DNA of 64,000 bases from Bacteriovoracia bacterium (lineage in GTDB: Bacteria > Bdellovibrionota > UBA1018 > CAIPTA01), in assembly GCA_050246755.1 (NCBI GenBank), contig JBFWVL010000001.1:1849266-1913265 (forward strand), in the 5' to 3' direction. The translations under genes and the position numbers were made by a program. How positions within the stretch are numbered: position 1 is the stretch's first letter; every line of letters begins with the position of its first letter. Shown in pieces: positions 56,145 through 64,000 of the stretch. Below the pieces are notes generated by a model. It ran no database searches. It saw only the letters and a list, made by a program, of their open reading frames with translations, and was not told where the DNA came from.

Positions 56145-57369
56145 GAATTTCTCTCGCTTTGATCCTGCTCACCTTGCCGTTGGCCAGGCGCGGGGTACTC
56201 TCCAGCTCTCTCCACACGAACGGCCGCATATCCAAGGACAAGGATATGCGAGACCGTTCTTTTATTTTTTCCGCTAGCGCTTCTTTCTCCAAATCACAAT
56301 CCGGCCTGCGGGCATAGACGAGCCCGATCCGCTCCACGCCCTGAATCTGGATTCCAAAGGCTAGGCACTCCGCAATTTCTGGAACTTGCGCGAGGATTTC
56401 TTCGATCATCTGCGGAGCAATTTTCCTGCCCCCGAGATCGATGAGCTCTTTTTTTCGGGAGACGAAAACCAGCTGCCCGCGCTCCCGAGAAAAGATATCG
56501 CCGGTAGAAAGCCACTCCGCACTCGCGATGAATTTCCCTTCTTCGCCGTAGCCCACCGAAAATTGGGCCCCGCTGAGCAGCAGCTCCCCATCTTCGGCCA
56601 ATTTCGGCCGCGCGCCTAGGCTTTGGCCATCCAGCAAAACTGGCCCGGCCATTTCCGTCATGCCGTAGATTTCCCGTAAAAATCCCGGGCAAACTTGGCG
56701 GAAACGACCGCGGTGGTTCTCGTTCAACGGAGCCGTGAGCGAAATCACGTCCAGATTTTTCCCACCAAATTTCTCGTTGCGCAAAATCATCTCGAGCAGA
56801 AAGGGATTCACGCTAAGTAAATCCACGCGAGCTTCTTCCAAGGCCGGGGGCAGCTCATGCGCCGAGTTCGGTAGCGGATGATTCCACCAGAGGATGCGCT
56901 TGCCCGAAAATAGGGGGAGCAAAAGATGAAAGGCGATCCCGGCCATTCCCCAGGCAGGGAGGAGCGAGCACTGGGAAATCGGCGCGCCCAAGCCGGTGGC
57001 CAATTGCTCGGCACTCGCGAGCAAAGAAGCTTCCGAATGAAATACGGCTTTGGGCTGCCCGGTACTGCCGGAGGTAAAGAGCGCCAGCACGGCGCCGGCG
57101 GGCGGCTCCGCGGGAAGCTGGCGCAAAAGAATTGCCAAAGCTTCTTCACTCATTGGCCCGAGGATTACCAGCGGTTCACGAGCGTCCAGTGCCTGCGCGA
57201 AGCAGCTCCAGAGATTCTGGGGAGTGGGGGAGTGGGCCACTAGGTATTTGCCGTGAGAAGCCAAAGTAAAGCTACCCGGCCCGGCTTCGTGCAGCTCCGC
57301 CTCCCTCCATTCGAGAAAGGTGAGGGCGCGCTGCCGGGATTGGATTAGGTCAAGCAAGGGGGCCGGCAT
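56119..57369 (-). CDS. Adenylate-forming (AMP-binding) ligase
   Basis: FTSGSTGQPK, YGMTE, TGD, SRKKELI, NGKV. Confidence 0.85.
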   Translation of the reverse strand: MPAPLLDLIQSRQRALTFLEWREAELHEAGPGSFTLASHGKYLVAHSPTPQNLWSCFAQALDAREPLVILGPMSEEALAILLRQLPAEPPAGAVLALFTSGSTGQPKAVFHSEASLLASAEQLATGLGAPISQCSLLPAWGMAGIAFHLLLPLFSGKRILWWNHPLPNSAHELPPALEEARVDLLSVNPFLLEMILRNEKFGGKNLDVISLTAPLNENHRGRFRQVCPGFLREIYGMTEMAGPVLLDGQSLGARPKLAEDGELLLSGAQFSVGYGEEGKFIASAEWLSTGDIFSRERGQLVFVSRKKELIDLGGRKIAPQMIEEILAQVPEIAECLAFGIQIQGVERIGLVYARRPDCDLEKEALAEKIKERSRISLSLDMRPFVWRELESTPRLANGKVSRIKAREILSEPRGDT

Positions 57370-57598
57370 TTTGGAGTTTGCTCACTAGGGCGGCGATGGA
57401 AGAAACGGTCTGGAAGTTTTTCAGGGAAACCTGGAAGGAAGGTACGTAGATCTTGCATTCCTGCTCGAGAAAAGAAAGCAGGCGCAGCTGGAGCAAGGAG
57501 TCGAGCCAATTGTCGGTAAAGAGATTCGGGGAAATCGCGGGATCTTCGTTCCGGGAAGGATGGGCCTTCTTTAGAAAGGCCGCAATCTGCGCTTCCAT
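57350..57598 (-). CDS. Acyl carrier protein
   Basis: 82 aa; LDSL phosphopantetheine site; NFQTVSSIAALV. Confidence 0.8.
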   Translation of the reverse strand: MEAQIAAFLKKAHPSRNEDPAISPNLFTDNWLDSLLQLRLLSFLEQECKIYVPSFQVSLKNFQTVSSIAALVSKLQNAGPLA

Positions 57599-58945
57599 CT
57601 AATGGCGCCCGTCCTGCGCCACGTAGATGCGGTAGATATACTTTTTCTCGCCGTAGCGGCGGAAGAGATCGGTGAATTCCTCAAGGGGCTTGAAGCTCGA
57701 TTCCTTCGTGAGCTGGTTAAAGGTTTCCACGAAGATGGTGTTTTCGTCGATGTCCACGTGCTGGCCGAGATTGGGCTTCATGTAGTTCGAGAGGCTCTTG
57801 CCGCTCGAGGCTTCGAAAAATTCCACTCCCTTGGCCTTGAGCTTGGTTTTCAGCTCCATGGCCTCGGCGCTCTTGGAAGGATCACCCTTGGATTCGTGCA
57901 CCTCGAGGCCCACCTTGAAGGTACGGCGGGCGAGGATGCGCTCGGCCCAGCGGTTGCCGGGAGAATCCTTGCGGAGGTGTTCGTAGAAGAGGGAATCGTC
58001 GCACTTGATATATTCTTCGACATCGCTCGGCACCTTGAAGGAGCAGTCCGGCGCATCGAGGTATTCCTCAAGCATGCGTTCGTAGGAAACGCTCTTGTGG
58101 TGGAGGTAGACCATCAGAAACATGTGGTAGCGGGAGAGGAGGAAATCCTCAAAAGTATAGATCGCGCGGGAATTGAGCGAGAGATGCGCGGTTTTTTTGT
58201 CGATGTGCACGCCGAGGTTGGTGAGAATCCAATTGGCGTCGAATTTTCCGTAGTTCACGCCGGAGAAATAAGAGTCGCGCTGGAGATAGTCCATGCGGTC
58301 GGCGTCCACTTCGCTGGAGATGATCTGGTGGAGCACTTTGCGGAAACTCACGCCGCGGTCCTGGAAGAAATTGTCTTTTTCTTTGAAGGAAAGGTTCATC
58401 ACGCAGGCGAGGTGCCAGGGCGTGATGCCGAAGGGCGCATAGGCTTTCTCGAGCACGGGCGTGAGCGAGGAATCGAGAATGATTTTCAGGGTATAGTCTT
58501 CGTGGCTCGCCTGGCGCTTCGTGTCTTTGCCTACCACTTCGGCGGGAAGGTTCAAATCCGAAACGGGGGGCATCGCGCTCTCGATGGCGTGGGAGAAGGG
58601 GCCGTGGCCAATATCGTGGAGGAGCATGGCCGCGCGGGTGAGGTAGTAGAAGTGGTGGTAGACTTCCTGGCCCGAGAAGAAGTGGTTGCGGAAAATCGCC
58701 TGGAAGGCGGTGCCGGAGAGATGGCAGGCGCCGATGCTGTGTACGTAGCGGTTATGCACGGCGCAGGGGTAGGCGAACTCGGAGAAGCCGAGTTGCTTGA
58801 TATTGCGCAGCCGCTGGAAGGCCGGCGAATCGATGATCGCCAATTCCCAGGGGTAGAGCTCCACGGGGCCGTGGATCACGTCACGCACTTCGGTAGTTTT
58901 CACGTCGCCCTTGGTGGGGATTTTCTTATTGGAGATGCTCATCAT
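57599..58945 (-). CDS. HD-domain phosphohydrolase (dNTP triphosphohydrolase-like)
   Basis: FQRLRNIKQLG, HNRYVHSIG, LLHDIGHGPFSH, DADRMDYLQRD; ATGA overlap with pduO. Confidence 0.9.
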   Translation of the reverse strand: MMSISNKKIPTKGDVKTTEVRDVIHGPVELYPWELAIIDSPAFQRLRNIKQLGFSEFAYPCAVHNRYVHSIGACHLSGTAFQAIFRNHFFSGQEVYHHFYYLTRAAMLLHDIGHGPFSHAIESAMPPVSDLNLPAEVVGKDTKRQASHEDYTLKIILDSSLTPVLEKAYAPFGITPWHLACVMNLSFKEKDNFFQDRGVSFRKVLHQIISSEVDADRMDYLQRDSYFSGVNYGKFDANWILTNLGVHIDKKTAHLSLNSRAIYTFEDFLLSRYHMFLMVYLHHKSVSYERMLEEYLDAPDCSFKVPSDVEEYIKCDDSLFYEHLRKDSPGNRWAERILARRTFKVGLEVHESKGDPSKSAEAMELKTKLKAKGVEFFEASSGKSLSNYMKPNLGQHVDIDENTIFVETFNQLTKESSFKPLEEFTDLFRRYGEKKYIYRIYVAQDGRH

Positions 58946-59538
58946 AGCCAGGGATCTTCTTTCGCGCCGCCGAGGCGGTTGAGGTGGCGGGCGAGCACGA
59001 AGAGAGCGTCGGCCAGGCGGTTCATGTATTGAATCACGAGCATGGGCACCGTTTCGCCGGTTTCCTGGAGAGCGATGCTTTCCCGCTCGGCGCGGCGGCA
59101 AACCGTGCGCGCCACGTGCACCTGCGCGCCCACGAGGCTGCCTCCCGGAAGGATGAAGGATTTCATGGGCTCGAGTTTTTTCTCCCAGAGATCGATTTGT
59201 TCTTCCATCTCTGTGATCTGCGTTTCATCGATATGCGTGCGATTTTTGCGCGCGCCCTCAAAGGCTTCTTCGCCCTTGGCGGCGCGTTTGGAAGCTTCGG
59301 GGCTGGCGAGCCAGGAACCTAAGGCAAATAGATCGCGCTGCACTTGGAGCAGCCAGTCGATTTCCTTGGCGAAGGTTTTGTCGCCCGCCTCGCGGCAAAG
59401 CGCGATGGCGAGGCCGAGCTGAGAATTCAATTCGTCGAAGGTGCCGTATACCACCACCCGTCCGTTGGACTTGGAAACGCGTTTTCCGCCGAAGAGAGAG
59501 GTTTGCCCTTTGTCACCCGTGCGGGTATAAATTTTCAT
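58942..59538 (-). CDS. pduO: ATP:cob(I)alamin adenosyltransferase, PduO type
   Basis: KIYTRTGDKG, YGTFDELNS, FILPGG, RTVCRRAER. Confidence 0.92.
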   Translation of the reverse strand: MKIYTRTGDKGQTSLFGGKRVSKSNGRVVVYGTFDELNSQLGLAIALCREAGDKTFAKEIDWLLQVQRDLFALGSWLASPEASKRAAKGEEAFEGARKNRTHIDETQITEMEEQIDLWEKKLEPMKSFILPGGSLVGAQVHVARTVCRRAERESIALQETGETVPMLVIQYMNRLADALFVLARHLNRLGGAKEDPWL

Positions 59539-59567
59539 ACTTTGTTTTTACCCTCGAAGCGTCTCGA

Positions 59568-61367
59568 ATGAAAGGTGGCCCCATGCCTAAGAAAGCCATA
59601 GTTTTTACAACCCGCGTCGGAATCTTGCTGACGCTCCTTATTTTCACGCGCTGCGCTCACGGCCCGGCCACCCAGGCTCTTCCAGACCCCGCGAAATACG
59701 ACCAGATCGTGGTGGTGGGCACCAATGATTTCCACGGCTACCTCCGGCCTTTCGAAAGCACCTACGCCGGGCAAAGCGTGGTGAGTGGCGGCGCGGAGTG
59801 GTTTGCCGGCCACGTGCGTATCCTCGAAAAGAAGTATGGCGACCAGCTCGTGCTCCTGGATGCGGGCGATATTTTCCAGGGCACGATGGAATCGAATACC
59901 TTCAAGGGCGCCTCCACTTTGGCGTACTACAATCTTTTGCCTTACCGGGCATCGGCCGTGGGCAACCACGAATTCGATTACGGGGCGCTCACGAAGGGTT
60001 CCAGAGACCGCTTAGGCGCCCTGAAGGCCCGCATGGCCGAGGCGAAGTTCCCCTTCTTGCAGGCGAATATTTTTATCAAGGGAACCAATAAGCTCTGGCG
60101 CGAAAAAAATCTCCAGCCTTCCGTGATCGTGAAGGCGGGCGGGCACAAGGTGGGAATTATCGGGCTCACCACCATCACCACGCCGGCCAAAACTCTACCC
60201 ACGAACGTGGCGAATTTGGATTTCCGCGCCTTGGAGCCGGTAGCTCTCGCGGAAGCGCAAAAGCTGCGCAAGCAAGGGGCCGACCTGGTAATCATCACCA
60301 CCCACGAAGGGGGAGAGCAGCCCGGGGATCCGATCTACGAGCTGCTGCACGCTCTGCCCAAGGGCACCATCGACGCTGTGGTTTCCGGCCACGCCCATAG
60401 CGAGATCCACCAGTTCGTGAACGGCGTGCCGGTGATTCAGTCGAAAACGCGCGGAGTATTTTTCGGCCGCATTGATCTCTTCGTGGACAAAGCTTCGGGC
60501 AAGGTGGAGCCTTCGCTTACCAAAATCTACGATATGCACCCGATCTGCGGAATCTGGTTCGCCCAGATGGACGCTTGCGATGCCAAAATGGCGAAAAACC
60601 TGGTGGACGCGGGAAAAGCCAGGGAAGCCGACTTCGTGCCTTTCCGTAGGGTTGCTTACGAAAACGAAGAGGTGAGCCCTGATCTCACCGTGCGCGCCAC
60701 GCTCGCGCCCTATTTTGAAAAGATCAATGTTCTGCGCAAAGAGGTGCTCGCGGAATCCGCGAAAGATTTCGAAAGGTATCCTTCCGGCGAAACGCAGATG
60801 GGATTTCTTTTCTTGCATGCCTACCGCTGGAAATTCCCGCAGGCCAAAGTGGTTTACCTGAACGGCGGAGGAATCCGCCGTGCTTTTCTCAAGGGGCCCA
60901 TGACCTACGGCGATCTCTTCGAGGTGCATCCCTTCGAGAACTACGCCACGCTCGTGAAGATCAGCGGAAAACAGCTGCGCGCTCTCCTCGAAGTGGCCGT
61001 TTCGGGCGCGCAGGGCATCCCCGCGATTTCCGGCATCAAAGCCACCTACCATAACGAGGATCGCCCCGAATACCTGCGCGACTTAAACCGCGATGGCAAA
61101 AAAGAAACCTGGGAAAGAAACCGTCTAGTTTCCCTCACCTGGGACGACGGCACCCCGGTGAAAGACAGTGATGATTTCTGGCTGGCCACCATCGATTTCC
61201 TCGTGAACGGAGGCGACAACGCCGATGTGGCCTTCGGGGCCTTGCCACCCGAACGGAAAAAATTTACCGATCAGCAGAGCAGGGATGTAGTGGCCGAATA
61301 CCTGCGTGCGCATAAAGGCATCGCCTTGCCCACCCGGGATGAAATGAGGATCCGGGCCCTGCCTTAG
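59568..61367 (+). CDS. Bifunctional metallophosphoesterase / 5'-nucleotidase (probable lipoprotein)
   Basis: NDFHG, DAGD, GNHEFD, GHAH; C-terminal NGGGIR and PFEN. Confidence 0.9.
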   Translation: MKGGPMPKKAIVFTTRVGILLTLLIFTRCAHGPATQALPDPAKYDQIVVVGTNDFHGYLRPFESTYAGQSVVSGGAEWFAGHVRILEKKYGDQLVLLDAGDIFQGTMESNTFKGASTLAYYNLLPYRASAVGNHEFDYGALTKGSRDRLGALKARMAEAKFPFLQANIFIKGTNKLWREKNLQPSVIVKAGGHKVGIIGLTTITTPAKTLPTNVANLDFRALEPVALAEAQKLRKQGADLVIITTHEGGEQPGDPIYELLHALPKGTIDAVVSGHAHSEIHQFVNGVPVIQSKTRGVFFGRIDLFVDKASGKVEPSLTKIYDMHPICGIWFAQMDACDAKMAKNLVDAGKAREADFVPFRRVAYENEEVSPDLTVRATLAPYFEKINVLRKEVLAESAKDFERYPSGETQMGFLFLHAYRWKFPQAKVVYLNGGGIRRAFLKGPMTYGDLFEVHPFENYATLVKISGKQLRALLEVAVSGAQGIPAISGIKATYHNEDRPEYLRDLNRDGKKETWERNRLVSLTWDDGTPVKDSDDFWLATIDFLVNGGDNADVAFGALPPERKKFTDQQSRDVVAEYLRAHKGIALPTRDEMRIRALP

Positions 61368-61401
61368 CTATGGGCCTGCTCTACGCGCTCCCGGCTAGGC
61401 T

Positions 61402-61439
61402 CCGACGAAAGCGTTTCCTTCGGGAATGCTTTCTTTCGG
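61402..61439 (+). other. Intergenic stem-loop with cUUCGg tetraloop
   Basis: ccga-cgaaagcgtttcc-ttcg-ggaatgctttc-tttcgg. Confidence 0.5.
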
Positions 61440-61479
61440 TTGCCTCGCTAGTCCCAATTTTGTGCGTTAAACTTAAGGG

Positions 61480-63708
61480 ATGAAGGCAGCCGACCCGATT
61501 CACCGGCAAATCAAAGACGAATACGAAAAGCAAAATAGGATCCTCTCCTACGAGGAATACCTCGAGTTCGTGCGCCAGGATCCCGCGCGCCAGCTCCGCT
61601 CTTCCGCTCAATACCTCGTGGACATGATGGACCACTTCGGCCGCGACGGCCGCCGCTTCAAATTATTCGACCAAGCCTTCGCCGACACGCGCTTCCGCCT
61701 CATCGGCCAAGAAGCCGTGCAGGAACAAATCTACCAAATCCTCCAGAGCTTCATCCGCGAAGGCATGAACAATAAGCTCATCCTCCTCCACGGCCCTAAT
61801 GGCTCCGCCAAAAGCTCCATCGTCGCCTGCCTCATGCGCGGCCTCGAGGAATTTTCCAATCGCCTCGAAGGCGCCACCTATAATTTCCACTGGGTATTTC
61901 CGGTGGATAGATTCGGTAAAGGTGGCCTGGGTCTCTCCACCGGCGGATCGGGCAAAGAAGATTCCAGCCTCGAGAGCTACGCCAAGCTTCCCGATTCCGA
62001 TATCGCCGCGCGCATCTCCTGCGAGCTCCGCGACCATCCTATTTTTCTCGTGCCGCAAAAGCACCGCGAGGCCCTGATCACCGAGATGAAGCTGCCCGCG
62101 GGCTTCAACGTTTCGGAATATATCCGCAAGGGCGATCTCTCGCAGAAATCCAAAAAGATTTTCGAAGCCTTGCTCCGCTCGTATAAGGGCGATTATAAAA
62201 AGGTTCTCCGCCACGTGCAGGTGGAGCGCTTCTACGTTTCCAAGCGCTACCGCGATGGCGCCGTTACCATCGAACCGCAGATGCACGTGGACGCCGCCGC
62301 CCAGCAGATTACCATGGACCGCTCCGCTTCCATGCTGCCTTCTTCCCTCCAGTTCCTCTCGCTCTTCGATCTCAGCGGGGATCTCGTGGACGGTAACCGC
62401 GGGATCGTGGAATACAACGACATGCTCAAGCGTCCGATCGACGCTTTTAAATATCTGCTCACCACCACCGAAACCGGCACGGTGAGCATCCAGGGCACCA
62501 TTGCCTTCATCGATTCCGTACTGCTCGGCACCTGCAATGAAGCCCAGCTCGACGCCTTCAAGGAATACCCCGATTTTCCCTCCTTCCGCGCCCGCATCGA
62601 GCTCGTGCGTGTGCCTTACCTCCTCGACTACAAAAAAGAGGCCGACATCTACCGCACCCACGTGCGCCGCCTCGCCGGCGATCACCACGTGGCCCCGCAT
62701 ACCCTCGAGAGCATCGCGCTCTGGGCCGTGCTCTGCCGCCTCAAGAAACCCAACGCTTCTCACTATCCTGGCAATTTCGCCTACCTCGTGAACTCGCTCA
62801 CACCCCTCGAGAAGGCCAAGCTCTTCGCCGAATCCTATATTCCTCCGCGCCTCAGCAACGACGAGCGCAAGCTCCTCAAAGCCCACCTCGAGGACGTGCG
62901 CAACGAATACGCCGCCGTGCCTTACTACGAAGGCCGTATCGGGCCCTCGCCGCGCGAGATGAAGATCGTCCTTTTTAACGCCCTCGAGAGAAATCCCAAG
63001 CATATCCTCTCGCCGCTGGGCCTGTTCGCCGAGCTCGAGGATTTCGTGAAGCGCACTAGCGAATACGACTACCTTCGGGAAGACGTAGTGGAAGGCTTTC
63101 ACGACTCGCGCAACTTCATCGCCACCGTGCGCGAGGTTTACCTCGATAACCTCGATTCCGAAGTGCGTTCCTGCCTTGGTGTGCACGACGAAAAACAGTA
63201 CGAAAACTTCCTCCGCCGCTATATCCAGCACATAACCGCCCACCTCAAGCGCGAGAAGGTGCGCAATTCCATGACCGACAAAATGGAAAGCCCCGACCAG
63301 GTGCTGATGAACGAATTCGAAAAAGTAGCGGGTGTGCTCGAAGACAAAGAAGTATTCCGTCAGAACGTGATGACCCAGCTCGGCGTGTTCGCCCTGGAGA
63401 ATCCGGCTGCCTCGAAAGAGAAGGACGGCCTGAATTACGCCGCGGTTTTTCCAGACCTGATGAAGCGTATCCGCGATTTCTACATCGACGAGCATTCGCA
63501 GCTCATGAAGCGCGTCTACGACATGATTACCCTGTTCGAGCAGCGCGCCGGGGGCGCCAAGCACCAAGAGGGCCGCACGCCCACCGTGGAGCAGCTCGAG
63601 GCCGAGAAGATGGCCACCGACATGATCGAGAACATGAAGCGCAAGTACGCCTACAATGACGTGTCGGCGCGTGAGGCGTTCGTCTACTTATTCCAGAAAC
63701 GATACTAA
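61480..63708 (+). CDS. prkA: PrkA-family AAA+ serine protein kinase-like ATPase
   Basis: LHGPNGSAKS Walker A, GNRGIVEYNDMLK, RVPYLL. Confidence 0.85.
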   Translation: MKAADPIHRQIKDEYEKQNRILSYEEYLEFVRQDPARQLRSSAQYLVDMMDHFGRDGRRFKLFDQAFADTRFRLIGQEAVQEQIYQILQSFIREGMNNKLILLHGPNGSAKSSIVACLMRGLEEFSNRLEGATYNFHWVFPVDRFGKGGLGLSTGGSGKEDSSLESYAKLPDSDIAARISCELRDHPIFLVPQKHREALITEMKLPAGFNVSEYIRKGDLSQKSKKIFEALLRSYKGDYKKVLRHVQVERFYVSKRYRDGAVTIEPQMHVDAAAQQITMDRSASMLPSSLQFLSLFDLSGDLVDGNRGIVEYNDMLKRPIDAFKYLLTTTETGTVSIQGTIAFIDSVLLGTCNEAQLDAFKEYPDFPSFRARIELVRVPYLLDYKKEADIYRTHVRRLAGDHHVAPHTLESIALWAVLCRLKKPNASHYPGNFAYLVNSLTPLEKAKLFAESYIPPRLSNDERKLLKAHLEDVRNEYAAVPYYEGRIGPSPREMKIVLFNALERNPKHILSPLGLFAELEDFVKRTSEYDYLREDVVEGFHDSRNFIATVREVYLDNLDSEVRSCLGVHDEKQYENFLRRYIQHITAHLKREKVRNSMTDKMESPDQVLMNEFEKVAGVLEDKEVFRQNVMTQLGVFALENPAASKEKDGLNYAAVFPDLMKRIRDFYIDEHSQLMKRVYDMITLFEQRAGGAKHQEGRTPTVEQLEAEKMATDMIENMKRKYAYNDVSAREAFVYLFQKRY

Positions 63709-63761
63709 CTGGCCTACATGATTGTTGATTTTGAGGGCGGTTGTTTAGGAAGTTGCCGCCC

Positions 63762-64000
63762 TTAGACCAAGTTTTCGTTATGAAAATGCGCGTAGATCAC
63801 GAGATGCGCATAAAGGCGGTCGGCTTGCTTGGTTGTGCACCAGGTTTTGCGGATTAAGCGATTCACATTGGCCCGAAACATCGCGCAGGTATGGTTAAGG
63901 CTAAAGAGCGGATCAAAGACGACCTTCTTTAACTCCCCCTGTCCGGTATTGGCCCCTCGCTTTCCCTTAAACGTCACATGCCGGGCTTTAGGGAAGAACT
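63762..64000 (-). mobile_element. C-terminal part of an IS1-like transposase (runs off window end)
   Basis: Frame open to the window edge; NHTCAMFRANVNRLIRKTWCTTK resembles the IS1 InsB C-terminal R..RL.RKT....K motif; AT-richer codons. Confidence 0.5.

Noticed and set aside
58946-59101. N-terminal extension of the HD protein in the ORF track
   Set aside because: Lies within pduO; the ATGA-coupled start at 58945 is more plausible.

Overview
GC-rich bacterial chromosome segment. Gene content (orphan exported proteins with R-x-P-A-S motifs, a stand-alone flbD-motAB, a PrkA-type ATPase) suggests Bdellovibrionota or a related lineage; this is inference. It is mostly housekeeping: uvrC (partial), uvrB, two KamA-family radical SAM enzymes, MacAB-TolC-type efflux, purA, serA-like, a GAF sigma-54 activator, tolQRAB, ftsEX-envC-ctpA-xseA, pgi, acyl-CoA dehydrogenase, rlmN, mreCD-mrdA-rodA, a PpiD-like chaperone, pduO, an HD hydrolase, an ACP plus adenylate-forming ligase, a 5'-nucleotidase, prkA and a partial IS1-like transposase. 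I saw no rRNA, tRNA or CRISPR array. The most striking non-genic signal lies just after tolB: the last 13 codons (GNCEAAKWGPAN*) are repeated 122 bp downstream with five purely synonymous changes, and the repeat is split inside the Glu codon by a 77-bp multi-hairpin insert. This looks like a miniature target-restoring integrative or guide-like element. Other notable items are four apparent pseudo-enzymes (M48, histidine kinase, GH35, PLD), a signal-peptide J-domain protein, a lipoprotein with a possible His/Cys dyad plus HEAT repeats, and sigma-28-like promoters upstream of orphan exported proteins.
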